Assembly (NCBI RefSeq): GCF_030144325.1 | Contig: NZ_CP126307.1 | Location: forward strand, 459,748-523,747 | Reading direction: 5' to 3' | Length of the DNA stretch: 64,000 nucleotides | Source: Bosea vestrisii | GTDB lineage: Bacteria; Pseudomonadota; Alphaproteobacteria; Rhizobiales; Beijerinckiaceae | Shown here: positions 18,888 through 27,426 of the stretch, in pieces | Layout: every line of letters begins with the position of its first letter | Numbering within the stretch: position 1 is the first letter of the stretch | Program-made: the position numbers and the translations under genes | Notes under the pieces: generated by a model | What the model saw: only the letters and a program-made list of their open reading frames with translations | The model's database searches: none | Told to the model about the DNA's origin: nothing

Positions 18888-19808
18888 ATGACCACGACCG
18901 ACCAGCGCTACACCATCGGCGAGCTCGCCCGCCTCTGCGGCGTGCCCGTGCGCCGCATCCGCTTCTATTCCGACAAGGGGCTGCTGCCGCCGGCGACCCG
19001 CACCATGGCGAACTACCGCGTCTACTCCGACGCCGACGCGGCGCGCCTCGACCTGATCCAGGCGCTGCGTGCGATGGGCACGAGCCTCGCCGCGATCCAG
19101 GGCATCCTCGCCCGAAAGGGCTCACTCGCCGAGCTGTTGGCGCTGCGCCTCTCGGCGCTCGAGGCCGAGATCGCCGGCAAGCGCCGTATCGCCGCGACCC
19201 TGCGGGCCGCCTTGCGCAATCCCGAACCCACCACTGACGACATCAGGAGATTATGGACCATGACCAATCTGTCCAATGCCGACATGCGCGCTTTGACCGA
19301 GCGCTTCTACGACGAGGTCACCGGCGACAGGATGAACCCGGATTGGCGGCAGAAGGCGATCGAGGCCGGCGCGCCCGAGCTGCCCGATGATCCGACGCCG
19401 GAGCAGATCGACGCCTTCGCCGAGCTCAGAGCGATGCTGAGCGACGAAGCGGTGATCGCCAGCGCCAAGGCCGATGCCGCCGCGATGTGGACGCCTGAGT
19501 TCGACCCCGCCGCCTATCATGCCGCCGCCGAACGCATCTTCGCTCAAGTTGGCGAGGCGATGGCGGCCGGAGAAGCTCCTGACTCGCAAGCGGGCCGTGC
19601 CATCGCCCAGGACTGGCTCGATGCCTCGGCCACAGCGATGAAGCGCGAACCTGACGAGAGTTTCCGCGCTTGGCATCTCGATCAGCACCGCCGGCACCAT
19701 GACCGCTCGCTGCGCTATCAGCAGCTGCTCGCGACCCTGCGGGGCGAGGACGCGCCCGGCCGTGAATGGTGGTGGATCAACGAGGCGATGAAAGCGCTCG
19801 TGCTGTGA
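18888..19808 (+). CDS. MerR family transcriptional regulator with extended C-terminal effector domain
   Basis: N-terminal HTH YTIGELARLCGVPVRRIRFYSDKGLLPPATRTMANYRVYSDADAARLDLIQALRAMG (MerR signature) plus a ~200-aa C-terminal region. Confidence 0.85.
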   Translation: MTTTDQRYTIGELARLCGVPVRRIRFYSDKGLLPPATRTMANYRVYSDADAARLDLIQALRAMGTSLAAIQGILARKGSLAELLALRLSALEAEIAGKRRIAATLRAALRNPEPTTDDIRRLWTMTNLSNADMRALTERFYDEVTGDRMNPDWRQKAIEAGAPELPDDPTPEQIDAFAELRAMLSDEAVIASAKADAAAMWTPEFDPAAYHAAAERIFAQVGEAMAAGEAPDSQAGRAIAQDWLDASATAMKREPDESFRAWHLDQHRRHHDRSLRYQQLLATLRGEDAPGREWWWINEAMKALVL

Positions 19809-19898
19809 CAGCAGATCGCCGCGCACCCGACCCGGCTTCCGCTCGGCCTTCGCTGCGCTAAGACTGCAGCCGCCGAGCTGAGTCGCGAGAGGAAGGCC

Positions 19899-20576
19899 GT
19901 GGACATCTTCGACAGGTTGAAAACCGCTGCCGCACCCGCTTGGGCGTCCTATGTCGAGCATGATTTCGTGCGGCAGATGGGCGACGGCTCGCTCCCCGAG
20001 GCCGCGTTCCGGACCTATCTCGTCCAGGACTATCTCTTCCTCATCCAGTTCGCCCGCGCCTATGCGCTGGCGACCTATAAGAGCCGCAATCTCGCCGACA
20101 TGCGTGCCGCCAAGGCCGGCCTCTCCGCCATCCTCGACCTCGAGATGGACCTGCACGTCCGGCTCTGCGGCCGCTGGGGCCTCTCGCCGGAACAGCTGGA
20201 AGCTGCGCCCGAACATCAGGCGACGGTCGCCTATACCCGCTTCGTGCTCGATTGCGGGCAGGCTGGCGACCTGCTCGACCTTCACGTAGCGCTCGCGCCC
20301 TGCGTCGTCGGCTATGCCGAGATCGGTGCCCGCCTCGCCGCCGGGCTGGGACCGGCGCTAGCGACCCATCCCTATCGCGACTGGATCGGCGAATATGCCG
20401 GCGCGCCTTACCAGCAGGTCGCCCGCGACGCCCGCCGACATCTCGATGCCCTCGCCGCGCGGGCCATGACCGAAGCGCGCTTCAGCGAGCTCGCGGCATT
20501 GTTCGGCCTGGCCTCAAGACTGGAGGCCGATTTCTGGCAGATGGGACTGGAGGCGGTCGCCCTGGCTGCGAGGTAG
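19899..20576 (+). CDS. tenA: TenA family thiaminase II / aminopyrimidine aminohydrolase
   Basis: ...SYVEHDFVRQMGDGSLPEAAFRTYLVQDYLFLIQFARAYALATYKS... is characteristic of the TenA/THI-4 family. Confidence 0.75.
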   Translation: MDIFDRLKTAAAPAWASYVEHDFVRQMGDGSLPEAAFRTYLVQDYLFLIQFARAYALATYKSRNLADMRAAKAGLSAILDLEMDLHVRLCGRWGLSPEQLEAAPEHQATVAYTRFVLDCGQAGDLLDLHVALAPCVVGYAEIGARLAAGLGPALATHPYRDWIGEYAGAPYQQVARDARRHLDALAARAMTEARFSELAALFGLASRLEADFWQMGLEAVALAAR

Positions 20577-20815
20577 CGGCGAAGGTCTATACGGCGGCCG
20601 CCCACGTTCCAGCCCGCCTTGCAGCCAAACTCGAACGAGATCAAAGGGCAATAAGACCAACTGCCCCATGCGCCCGATGCAGGCCCGTCAGCCCATCGCC
20701 GGCCTCGACGGCTGTCCTGCATTGCCGGAAGACCAGTCCAACGCCGCGATCCCTTGGCTCCGTCTGTTCGGATGCCAAAGGGCATAGACACGTCGACGAG
20801 GCTGGGGGACCTGGT

Positions 20816-22033
20816 TTGAAGCTGCCGTTATGGGGGAGCGCCCTGAGCGCGACTCTCCTTGTGCAAGTCGTGAGTTCGTTCGCCGCTGCCGCGATCCCGC
20901 TGCTTGGGCCGATCCTGACGCTGCGTTGGGGCCTGGCGCCTGAAAACATCGGCTATGTTTCGGCCGTCGTCTCGGTCGGGATCTGCTGGTTTCTGGCCTG
21001 TGGCGGCCCGATGCTCGATCACCACGGCCCCATCCGCACGTTGCAACTCGGCCTGATCTTCGTCGTCGCGGGCCTGGCGCTCCTGTCGCAGCCGGCCATT
21101 TCGCTCGGGCTCGCCGGAGCGCTGCTCGTGGGTCTGGGGCTGGCGCCTAACACACCCGCCGGTAGCCAGGTCCTGATGCGCACCGCGCCGGCCGGACATC
21201 GCACGCTGATCTTCTCGATCAAGCAGGCGGGCGTGCCGCTCGGAGGGGCGATCGCCGGCATTACAGTCGCGCCTTTGGTCCTGGCGTTCGGCTTCATCGG
21301 CGCGGTTTCGACCATCATCGCCGTCGTGCTTGCCTGCACCGTGCTGGTCCAGGCCTTTCAGCCGCGGCTCGATACGGAACGGGGCCCCCGAAACCGGGGC
21401 TGGCCACGCCTGTTCCTGTCGCCATCGTCGCTGACGAGAGCAGCCCGCATCATCAACGCCCATCCGGGGTTGCCGATGCTCACCGCGATCGGGATTTCGT
21501 TCTCGATCACGCAAGCCTGCATCACGGCCTTCACCGCGACCTACATGGTCGTCCAGCATGGCGCGAGCCTGGCCCAGGCCGGGCTCTATATGTCGGTGCT
21601 GCTTGCGACGAGCACGGTCGCACGCATCGTCTTCGGATGGCTGGCGGACCGGTTGGGATCGGGCCTTCTGCTCCTGTCGGTCCTGGCGCTGGCCGCGGGC
21701 AGCGCAATCCTGCTGCTGGTGTGGTCGGCAACGGCAAGCCCCTGGCTGGTCTATGGCTGCATGGCGCTGGTCGGGGCGACATCGATGGGCTGGAACGGGG
21801 TTCACATGGCCGAGCTCGCGAGGGTTTCGCCGCTTGCGATCATTGGCGATGTGACGTCGAGCGCCAGCATGTTCGGCTTCATCGGCTCGATCTGCGGACC
21901 GTTGGTGTTCGCCATGATTGCCAGCAAGACCGGAAGCTTCACCTGGCCCTTCGTTCTTGTCGCTGGTCAGCTAATCGCCTTCGGGGCGTTCGCTCTCGTC
22001 ATCGGGCGGTTCGTCTCCCGATCGCATCGATGA
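20816..22033 (+). CDS. MFS transporter
   Basis: About 12 TM helices (LSATLLVQVVSSFAAAAIPLLGPIL..., ...GWLADRLGSGLLLLSVLALAAGSAILLL...). The long ORF from 20252 overlaps tenA, so the start is placed at the in-frame TTG 20816, which follows a GGGGGA SD. Start is uncertain. Confidence 0.65.
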   Translation: MKLPLWGSALSATLLVQVVSSFAAAAIPLLGPILTLRWGLAPENIGYVSAVVSVGICWFLACGGPMLDHHGPIRTLQLGLIFVVAGLALLSQPAISLGLAGALLVGLGLAPNTPAGSQVLMRTAPAGHRTLIFSIKQAGVPLGGAIAGITVAPLVLAFGFIGAVSTIIAVVLACTVLVQAFQPRLDTERGPRNRGWPRLFLSPSSLTRAARIINAHPGLPMLTAIGISFSITQACITAFTATYMVVQHGASLAQAGLYMSVLLATSTVARIVFGWLADRLGSGLLLLSVLALAAGSAILLLVWSATASPWLVYGCMALVGATSMGWNGVHMAELARVSPLAIIGDVTSSASMFGFIGSICGPLVFAMIASKTGSFTWPFVLVAGQLIAFGAFALVIGRFVSRSHR

Positions 22034-22268
22034 GAGGCGCATCGCGCCCGGTACGCCCCGGGATAGTCCACGCGATTCCGACGGCTAAGGTTCGGTAGCT
22101 TCCCGAGCGGGAGCCTTTCGCCAGCGAAAAGCAGACCCTCGGCAATATCTACGACCTTGGCAGTAGACCGGCCTGTGCTAGCCTAGATTTAGAGCGGAAC
22201 AAAAATCCGCCATCGGCTCCGCCGTTGGAAACCTTCGGCGCGGTCGGCCACGCAGGGAGGTGAATGCA

Positions 22269-23519
22269 ATGCGGAAGGCACTTATGGCCGCCGTTGCGGT
22301 CGGCGCTTTGATTGCGGCCGGTGGGACCGGCCAGGCTCAGGAAAAGCTCAAGATCGGCATGCTGGCGACGCTTTCGGGCGCGCTGACGTCGGGTGGCGAG
22401 GACGGTGTACGCGGTGCTCAGGTCGCCCTGAAGCAGCGTGGCGGCAAGATCGCCGGCCGCGAGGTCGAGTTCATCATCGCAGCGACCGACGCCAGCCCGG
22501 ACTCTGCGCTTCGGGCCGCGCGCAAGCTCGTCGAGCAGGACAAGGTCCAGCTCATCCTCGGCCCACTTTCGGGCTCCGAGGGCATCGCGATGCGCGACTA
22601 CTCGAAGACGGTTCCTAACGTCACTGTCGTCGACGCATCGTCGGGAGCGCTCGAGACCACCTACGTCAATCCATCGCCGAACTATTTCCGCTTCAACAGC
22701 AACGGCGCCATGTGGATGGCAGGTCTCGGCGACTACGTATTCAAGGACAAGGGCTACAAGAAGCTTGCGGTCATCGGCGAGGACTACTCCTTCCCCTATA
22801 CGCAGGTCTTCGGCTTCGCGCTCGGCTACTGCAAGGCCGGCGGCCAGATCGTGCAGCGTCAGTGGGTGCCGCTCGGCACCAAGGATTTTGGCTCGGTGAT
22901 CGCCAATATCCCCGATGACGTCGACGCCGTCTTCCTCGCGCTCGGCGGCGGCGACTCCGTCAACTTCCTCAACCAGTACGGTCAGACCGGCGGCAAGGCG
23001 AAGTTCGTCGGCGGCTCGATCATGGTCGACCAGACCGTGCTGTCGTCGCGCGGTAACGCCAAGCGCCTGCTCGTCGGCACGCCCTCCTCGGGCGGCGTCG
23101 CCGATGCCTGGGACGATCCGAAATGGAAGGCCTGGGTCAAGGCCTACCAAGACGCATTCCCGGCGGATAAGCGCTTTGCCAGCCCGTCCCTGTTCGCGAC
23201 CAATTATTACAATGCCTTCAACGGCATGGCGACAGGCCTTGAGAAGGTCAACGCCGACCTCTCCGATGGCGGGACCAAGCTTCGGGCCGAACTCGCCAAG
23301 GTCGAGCTTGATGCCCCGAACGGCCCGATCAAGCTCGACGACAACCGGCAGGCGATCGCCACGACATTCATCACCGAAGTCGTCGAGGCGGCCAATGGCG
23401 ACCTCACCAACAAGTTCGTCAAGACGGTGCCGAACGTCTCGCAGACGCTCGGCCTCTCCGCCGAGGCGTTCAAGGCCGTCGGGCTTCCGTCCCGGACCAA
23501 TCCGGAATGCAAGCCCTGA
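22269..23519 (+). CDS. ABC transporter substrate-binding protein, branched-chain amino acid (LivK/Peripla_BP_6) family
   Basis: A signal peptide (MRKALMAAVAVGALIAAGGTGQAQ) and a periplasmic-binding-protein type I fold (...KIGMLATLSGALTSGGEDGVRGAQVALKQ...). GGGAGG SD lies 8 nt upstream of ATG 22269. Confidence 0.85.
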   Translation: MRKALMAAVAVGALIAAGGTGQAQEKLKIGMLATLSGALTSGGEDGVRGAQVALKQRGGKIAGREVEFIIAATDASPDSALRAARKLVEQDKVQLILGPLSGSEGIAMRDYSKTVPNVTVVDASSGALETTYVNPSPNYFRFNSNGAMWMAGLGDYVFKDKGYKKLAVIGEDYSFPYTQVFGFALGYCKAGGQIVQRQWVPLGTKDFGSVIANIPDDVDAVFLALGGGDSVNFLNQYGQTGGKAKFVGGSIMVDQTVLSSRGNAKRLLVGTPSSGGVADAWDDPKWKAWVKAYQDAFPADKRFASPSLFATNYYNAFNGMATGLEKVNADLSDGGTKLRAELAKVELDAPNGPIKLDDNRQAIATTFITEVVEAANGDLTNKFVKTVPNVSQTLGLSAEAFKAVGLPSRTNPECKP

Positions 23520-23541
23520 TCGCTTCCACTGACTGACTCTC

Positions 23542-23577
23542 CGGGAAGGGACGCAACAGGAAACGCGCCCCTTCCCG
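23542..23577 (+). terminator. Stem-loop downstream of the SBP gene (possible terminator or attenuator; no T-run)
   Basis: CGGGAAGGG-N18-CCCTTCCCG inverted repeat 23 nt after the SBP stop. It lacks a U tract, so intrinsic termination is uncertain. Confidence 0.25.
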
Positions 23578-23689
23578 CCTACCGTCCCGCTCCGGTCAAC
23601 GACGTCGCGCGCGATCCGCCTGCGCCGTCGGGCGAAGGCTCACCTGATGAGGCCGCCTTGCGCCACCGGGCATTGCTACGCGAGGAGCC

Positions 23690-24544
23690 ATGAGTCGCGC
23701 AGTCGCGGTCTGCCACGGTCCGTTCGGACGGGTATCGATCTACGATCTCGATCGCCCGATGGTGGTGCATGCGCATCGCGAAGCGCATCTGATCTTCTTC
23801 CTCGAGGGCTCACAGGGCCTGGTTACGGTCAACGACCAGACCGTGCGCGTCGACCCTTTCATGGGCGTTGCCGTCAACCCCTGGGAACCGCACAATTTCC
23901 AGCCGGAACAACCCGGCTCGTTCGGCCTATTCCTCGTCGTCTATCTCAAGCCGGAATGGCTGGCCAAGCAGACCATGTCGGCGCCCGGCTCGCTGGTTTT
24001 TCCGTCCTCCGAACTGGTCGTGACCCGCGAGCTCGAGGCCTGGCGCGATCAGGCCATCGACATGCTGCTGTCCCGGCATAGCGAGCTCAACCTCGCCCCG
24101 GTGCTCATGGCGCTGGCGCTGGCGTCGAGCGAACCGATCGAGTCCCATCTCGCCTCCTCGCTGCTGCATCTCACGTCGGAGTCCGCACTCGACCGGCGCG
24201 TGCTGCGCGCCCGCCGGCTGTTGGAACAGTATCCCTCCCATGAGGGCGCACTTGTCCGCGTGGCGCGCGAGGCCGGGCTGTCGCGCGCCCATTTCTTCAA
24301 GCTCTTCCGCGAGCAGGTCGGCGTCACCCCGACGATCTTCGCCAATACGGTCCGGCTCGATGCGGCGCTCGACCGGATCGTTCTCTCGAACGATCCGGTG
24401 ACCAGCATCAGCCACAGCCTCGGCTTCTCCGGCCAGAGCGTGTTCACGCGCTTCTTCACCGCCCATATGGGCATGGCGCCACGCGACTACCGGCGGGTGC
24501 TGCGGACGGTGGGCCTGCCGCAATCGCAGGCGAGCCATGTCTGA
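23690..24544 (+). CDS. AraC family transcriptional regulator (cupin-like N-domain + AraC HTH)
   Basis: C-terminal ...LVRVAREAGLSRAHFFKLFREQVGVTPTIFANTVRLDAALDRIVLSNDPVTSISHSLGFSGQSVFTRFFTAHMGMAP... is the AraC-type double HTH. Confidence 0.85.
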   Translation: MSRAVAVCHGPFGRVSIYDLDRPMVVHAHREAHLIFFLEGSQGLVTVNDQTVRVDPFMGVAVNPWEPHNFQPEQPGSFGLFLVVYLKPEWLAKQTMSAPGSLVFPSSELVVTRELEAWRDQAIDMLLSRHSELNLAPVLMALALASSEPIESHLASSLLHLTSESALDRRVLRARRLLEQYPSHEGALVRVAREAGLSRAHFFKLFREQVGVTPTIFANTVRLDAALDRIVLSNDPVTSISHSLGFSGQSVFTRFFTAHMGMAPRDYRRVLRTVGLPQSQASHV

Positions 24545-25550
24545 TTTCATCGGCCGCCGCCCGATCTGGTCGCTGGTCATCCTGATCGCGATCGCCCTCC
24601 TCGCCTTCCTGGTCTTCGCGGTCTGGACGCCGTGGATGGAGCTGACCTTCGGCAGGAAGCGCGTCTTCCTGAGCGCGCTCTTCAACGGCATCACGCTCGG
24701 CGGGCTCTATTTCCTCGTCGCCAGCGGCTTCACGCTGATCTTCGGCCTGATGCGCAACGTCAATCTGGCGCATGGCTCGCTTTATCTGTTCGGCGGCTAT
24801 GTCGGCTACAGCATCGGCAACCTGACCGGCTCCTGGTTCGCCGCGCTCATCGGCGCCTTCGTCATCGTCGCTTTGGCCGGCATGCTGATGCAGGTGCTGC
24901 TCTTCCGCTGGATGGAAGGCCAGGACCTGCGCCAGACGCTGGTCACGATCGGCCTCTCGATCATCGTCGCCGACCTTCTGCTCTGGAGCTATGGCGGCGA
25001 CACCTTCCAGGTGACGACGCCGGACTGGCTCTCCGGACCGATCCAGCTGCCTTTCGTCGTCGCGCTGCGCAGCAATGGCGAGGCGGTGATGATGATGTAC
25101 CCGCTGGTCCGCATCGCGATCCTGATCGGCGCGATCATCCTTGGCGTCGCGATGTGGCTCGTGCTCAACCGCACCCGCATCGGCATGCTGGTGCGCGCCG
25201 GCGTCGACGACCGCGACATGCTCTCCGCCACCGGCGTGCGCGTGCAGCTCGTCTTCATCATGGTCTTCGCCTTCGGGGCCGGGCTCGCCGGTCTCGCCGG
25301 CGTCGTCGGCGGCACCTTCCAGTCGCTCCAGCCCGGCGAGGATACCAAGATTCTGCTGTCCTCGCTCGTCGTCGTCATCGTCGGCGGCATGGGCTCGATC
25401 CCAGGCGCGGCGATGGGTGCGCTCATCGTCGGCCTCGCCGAGCAGTTCGGCTCGGTCTACATGCCGACCTATGCGGTGATGCTGACCTTCGTCATCATGG
25501 TCGTGGTGCTGGCGATCCGGCCGCAAGGCCTGGCAGCGGTGAGGCGCTAA
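24537..25550 (+). CDS. Branched-chain amino acid ABC transporter permease (LivH-like)
   Basis: ...ALFNGITLGGLYFLVASGFTLIFGLMRNVNLAHGSLYLFGGYVGYSIG... The start overlaps the AraC stop by 8 nt; the alternative start MELTFG at 24633 removes an extra N-terminal TM. Confidence 0.8.
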   Translation: MSDFIGRRPIWSLVILIAIALLAFLVFAVWTPWMELTFGRKRVFLSALFNGITLGGLYFLVASGFTLIFGLMRNVNLAHGSLYLFGGYVGYSIGNLTGSWFAALIGAFVIVALAGMLMQVLLFRWMEGQDLRQTLVTIGLSIIVADLLLWSYGGDTFQVTTPDWLSGPIQLPFVVALRSNGEAVMMMYPLVRIAILIGAIILGVAMWLVLNRTRIGMLVRAGVDDRDMLSATGVRVQLVFIMVFAFGAGLAGLAGVVGGTFQSLQPGEDTKILLSSLVVVIVGGMGSIPGAAMGALIVGLAEQFGSVYMPTYAVMLTFVIMVVVLAIRPQGLAAVRR

Positions 25551-25552
25551 AG

Positions 25553-26641
25553 ATGGCGCTCGCAGAACCCCGCCTCGCAATTGCGACTCCGCGCCAGCGC
25601 GAAGGGCTCAGCGAGGTGATCGCCCGGCAGGGCACGGCCTTCTGGATTGTCGCAGCCCTGCTGCTGATGATGCCGCTGATCGCGAACCCGTTCTGGCTCG
25701 TCCAGATCCTCGCCTACGCGATGATCCTCGGCATGATCGCGCTCAGCCTGATGTTCCTTGCCGGCTATGGCGGCATCGTCAGCCTGATCCAGATGACGGT
25801 CGCGGCCTTCGCCGCCTATCTCGTCGCCATCTTCGGCGACAGCGCCATCACCCAGATCAGCCTGAAATGGCCGTGGTGGACGGCGGTGCCGGTCGCGATC
25901 CTGCTCGCCACTTTGTTCGGCACGCTGGGCGGCGCACTCTCGGTCAGGACCGAGGGCATCTACACGATCATGATCACGCTCGCGATCGGCTCGGCATTCT
26001 ACTACCTGACGCTGCAGAACTACACGATCTTCAATGGTTTCAGCGGCTTCAACGGGGTTCTTCCTCCGGTCTTCCTCGGGGTCGACTGGGGCAGCACCGT
26101 GCCGTTCTATTACCTTGCGCTCGGCTGCGCCGCCCTCGCTTATGCGGTCGTCGTCTATGTCTCGCGGGCGCCCTTCGGCCTTGCCTTGCAGGGCACGCGC
26201 GACAATCCCAGGCGCATGGCGGCGCTCGGCTTCGACGTCGTCGCCCATCGCATCGCCGCCTATGCCTTTGCCTCGGTGATCGCCGCGTTCGCCGGTGTGC
26301 TGCTGGTCTGGTATCAGCGCCAGGTCTCGCCCGGGACGGGCGGTGTCGGGCCGGTGGTCGACATGCTGATCATCGCCGTGGTCGGTGGATTGAGCCGCCC
26401 GATCGGCCCGTTCATCGGCGCGCTCGTCTATGTGCTGCTGCGGACCTTCGCGCTCGACCTGCTCGAAGCGGTCGGGTTCGAGGGCAAGCGCTATCAGCTG
26501 CTCATCGGCCTCGGCTTCCTCGTCATCGTGCTGTTCTCGCCGGACGGGCTGATCGGCATCTGGCAGCGCCTGCGCGAGCGCTATCGTCGCGGCCGCGAGA
26601 CGCAGGCAGCACAGATGCGCGTCGGCGGAGGCTCGCCATGA
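25553..26641 (+). CDS. Branched-chain amino acid ABC transporter permease (LivM-like)
   Basis: The second BPD_transp_2-type permease (...LAYAMILGMIALSLMFLAGYGGIVSLIQMTVAAFAAY...). ATG 25553 lies 3 nt after the LivH-like stop. Confidence 0.85.
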   Translation: MALAEPRLAIATPRQREGLSEVIARQGTAFWIVAALLLMMPLIANPFWLVQILAYAMILGMIALSLMFLAGYGGIVSLIQMTVAAFAAYLVAIFGDSAITQISLKWPWWTAVPVAILLATLFGTLGGALSVRTEGIYTIMITLAIGSAFYYLTLQNYTIFNGFSGFNGVLPPVFLGVDWGSTVPFYYLALGCAALAYAVVVYVSRAPFGLALQGTRDNPRRMAALGFDVVAHRIAAYAFASVIAAFAGVLLVWYQRQVSPGTGGVGPVVDMLIIAVVGGLSRPIGPFIGALVYVLLRTFALDLLEAVGFEGKRYQLLIGLGFLVIVLFSPDGLIGIWQRLRERYRRGRETQAAQMRVGGGSP

Positions 26642-27426
26642 GCGCCGTGCCGAGCCTGGAGCGGCTGAGCACTGCCAGCTCGGGCAATGCGCTCGAACTG
26701 CGCGGCGTCTCGCGCCTGTTCGGTGCGCTCGCGGCCCTGTCCGACGTCACGCTGTCGGTCCGGCCCGGCGAGCGGCGCGCCGTGCTCGGCTCGAACGGGG
26801 CCGGCAAGACCACGCTGTTCAACTGCGTCACCGGCGATTTCACGCCGAGCTCCGGCGTCATCCGCTTCTTCGGCGAGGATGTTACGACATTCCCGCCGCA
26901 TGAGCGCATCCGCCGCGGGCTCAGGCGCACCTACCAGATCTCGTCGCTCTTCGCCGGGCTGACGGTGGTCGACAATGTCTACCTCGCCTGCCGCGGCGTC
27001 TCGCGGAACCGTTTCTCGCTGCGGCGGCCGCGCCGTGACGACACGCTCCAGCATGCTGCCGAGAGCCTGGTCGATGCCGTCCATCTCACGGCCGTCAAGG
27101 ACAGGCTGGTCGGAGAGCTTGCCTATGGCCAGCAGCGCCAGCTCGAGATCGCCCTCGCCCTCTCGGGCGCACCGCGCTTCATCCTGTTCGACGAGCCGGC
27201 GGCGGGCCTGTCGCCGACCGAGCGGCAGGATCTCGTCCGGATCCTGACCTCGCTGCCGGCCCATATCGGCTACATCATCATCGAGCACGACATGGACGTG
27301 GCGCTACGCGTCGTCGAGAGCGTGACGATGATGCACAACGGCCGCATCTTCAAGGAAGGACGGCCCGACGAGATCGAGTCCGATCCCGAAGTGCAGGAAC
27401 TCTATCTCGGGGGCGGTCATGGCTGA
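26638..27426 (+). CDS. ABC transporter ATP-binding protein (LivG-like)
   Basis: Walker A GSNGAGKTT, signature YGQQRQLEIALAL and Walker B ILFDEPAAGL. ATGA overlap with the upstream permease. Confidence 0.85.
   Translation: MSAVPSLERLSTASSGNALELRGVSRLFGALAALSDVTLSVRPGERRAVLGSNGAGKTTLFNCVTGDFTPSSGVIRFFGEDVTTFPPHERIRRGLRRTYQISSLFAGLTVVDNVYLACRGVSRNRFSLRRPRRDDTLQHAAESLVDAVHLTAVKDRLVGELAYGQQRQLEIALALSGAPRFILFDEPAAGLSPTERQDLVRILTSLPAHIGYIIIEHDMDVALRVVESVTMMHNGRIFKEGRPDEIESDPEVQELYLGGGHG

Noticed and set aside
19809-19898. Looked for a THI-box/TPP riboswitch upstream of tenA, and upstream of the MFS gene at 20577..20815
   Set aside because: Neither the conserved CUGAGA motif nor the ACCUGAUC...GCCAGCG core is visible; needs covariance-model confirmation.
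20828-21805. 325-aa minus ORF inside the MFS transporter gene
   Set aside because: The R/D/Q-rich garbage translation is antisense to a well-formed 12-TM transporter.
22149-23150. 333-aa minus ORF overlapping the LivK-like SBP gene
   Set aside because: It is antisense to a gene with a clear signal peptide and PBP fold; its composition is atypical.
24456-26248. Minus-strand ORFs of 374 aa and 233 aa over the livH/livM permeases
   Set aside because: They are His/Asp/Arg-rich repetitive translations antisense to conserved permeases.
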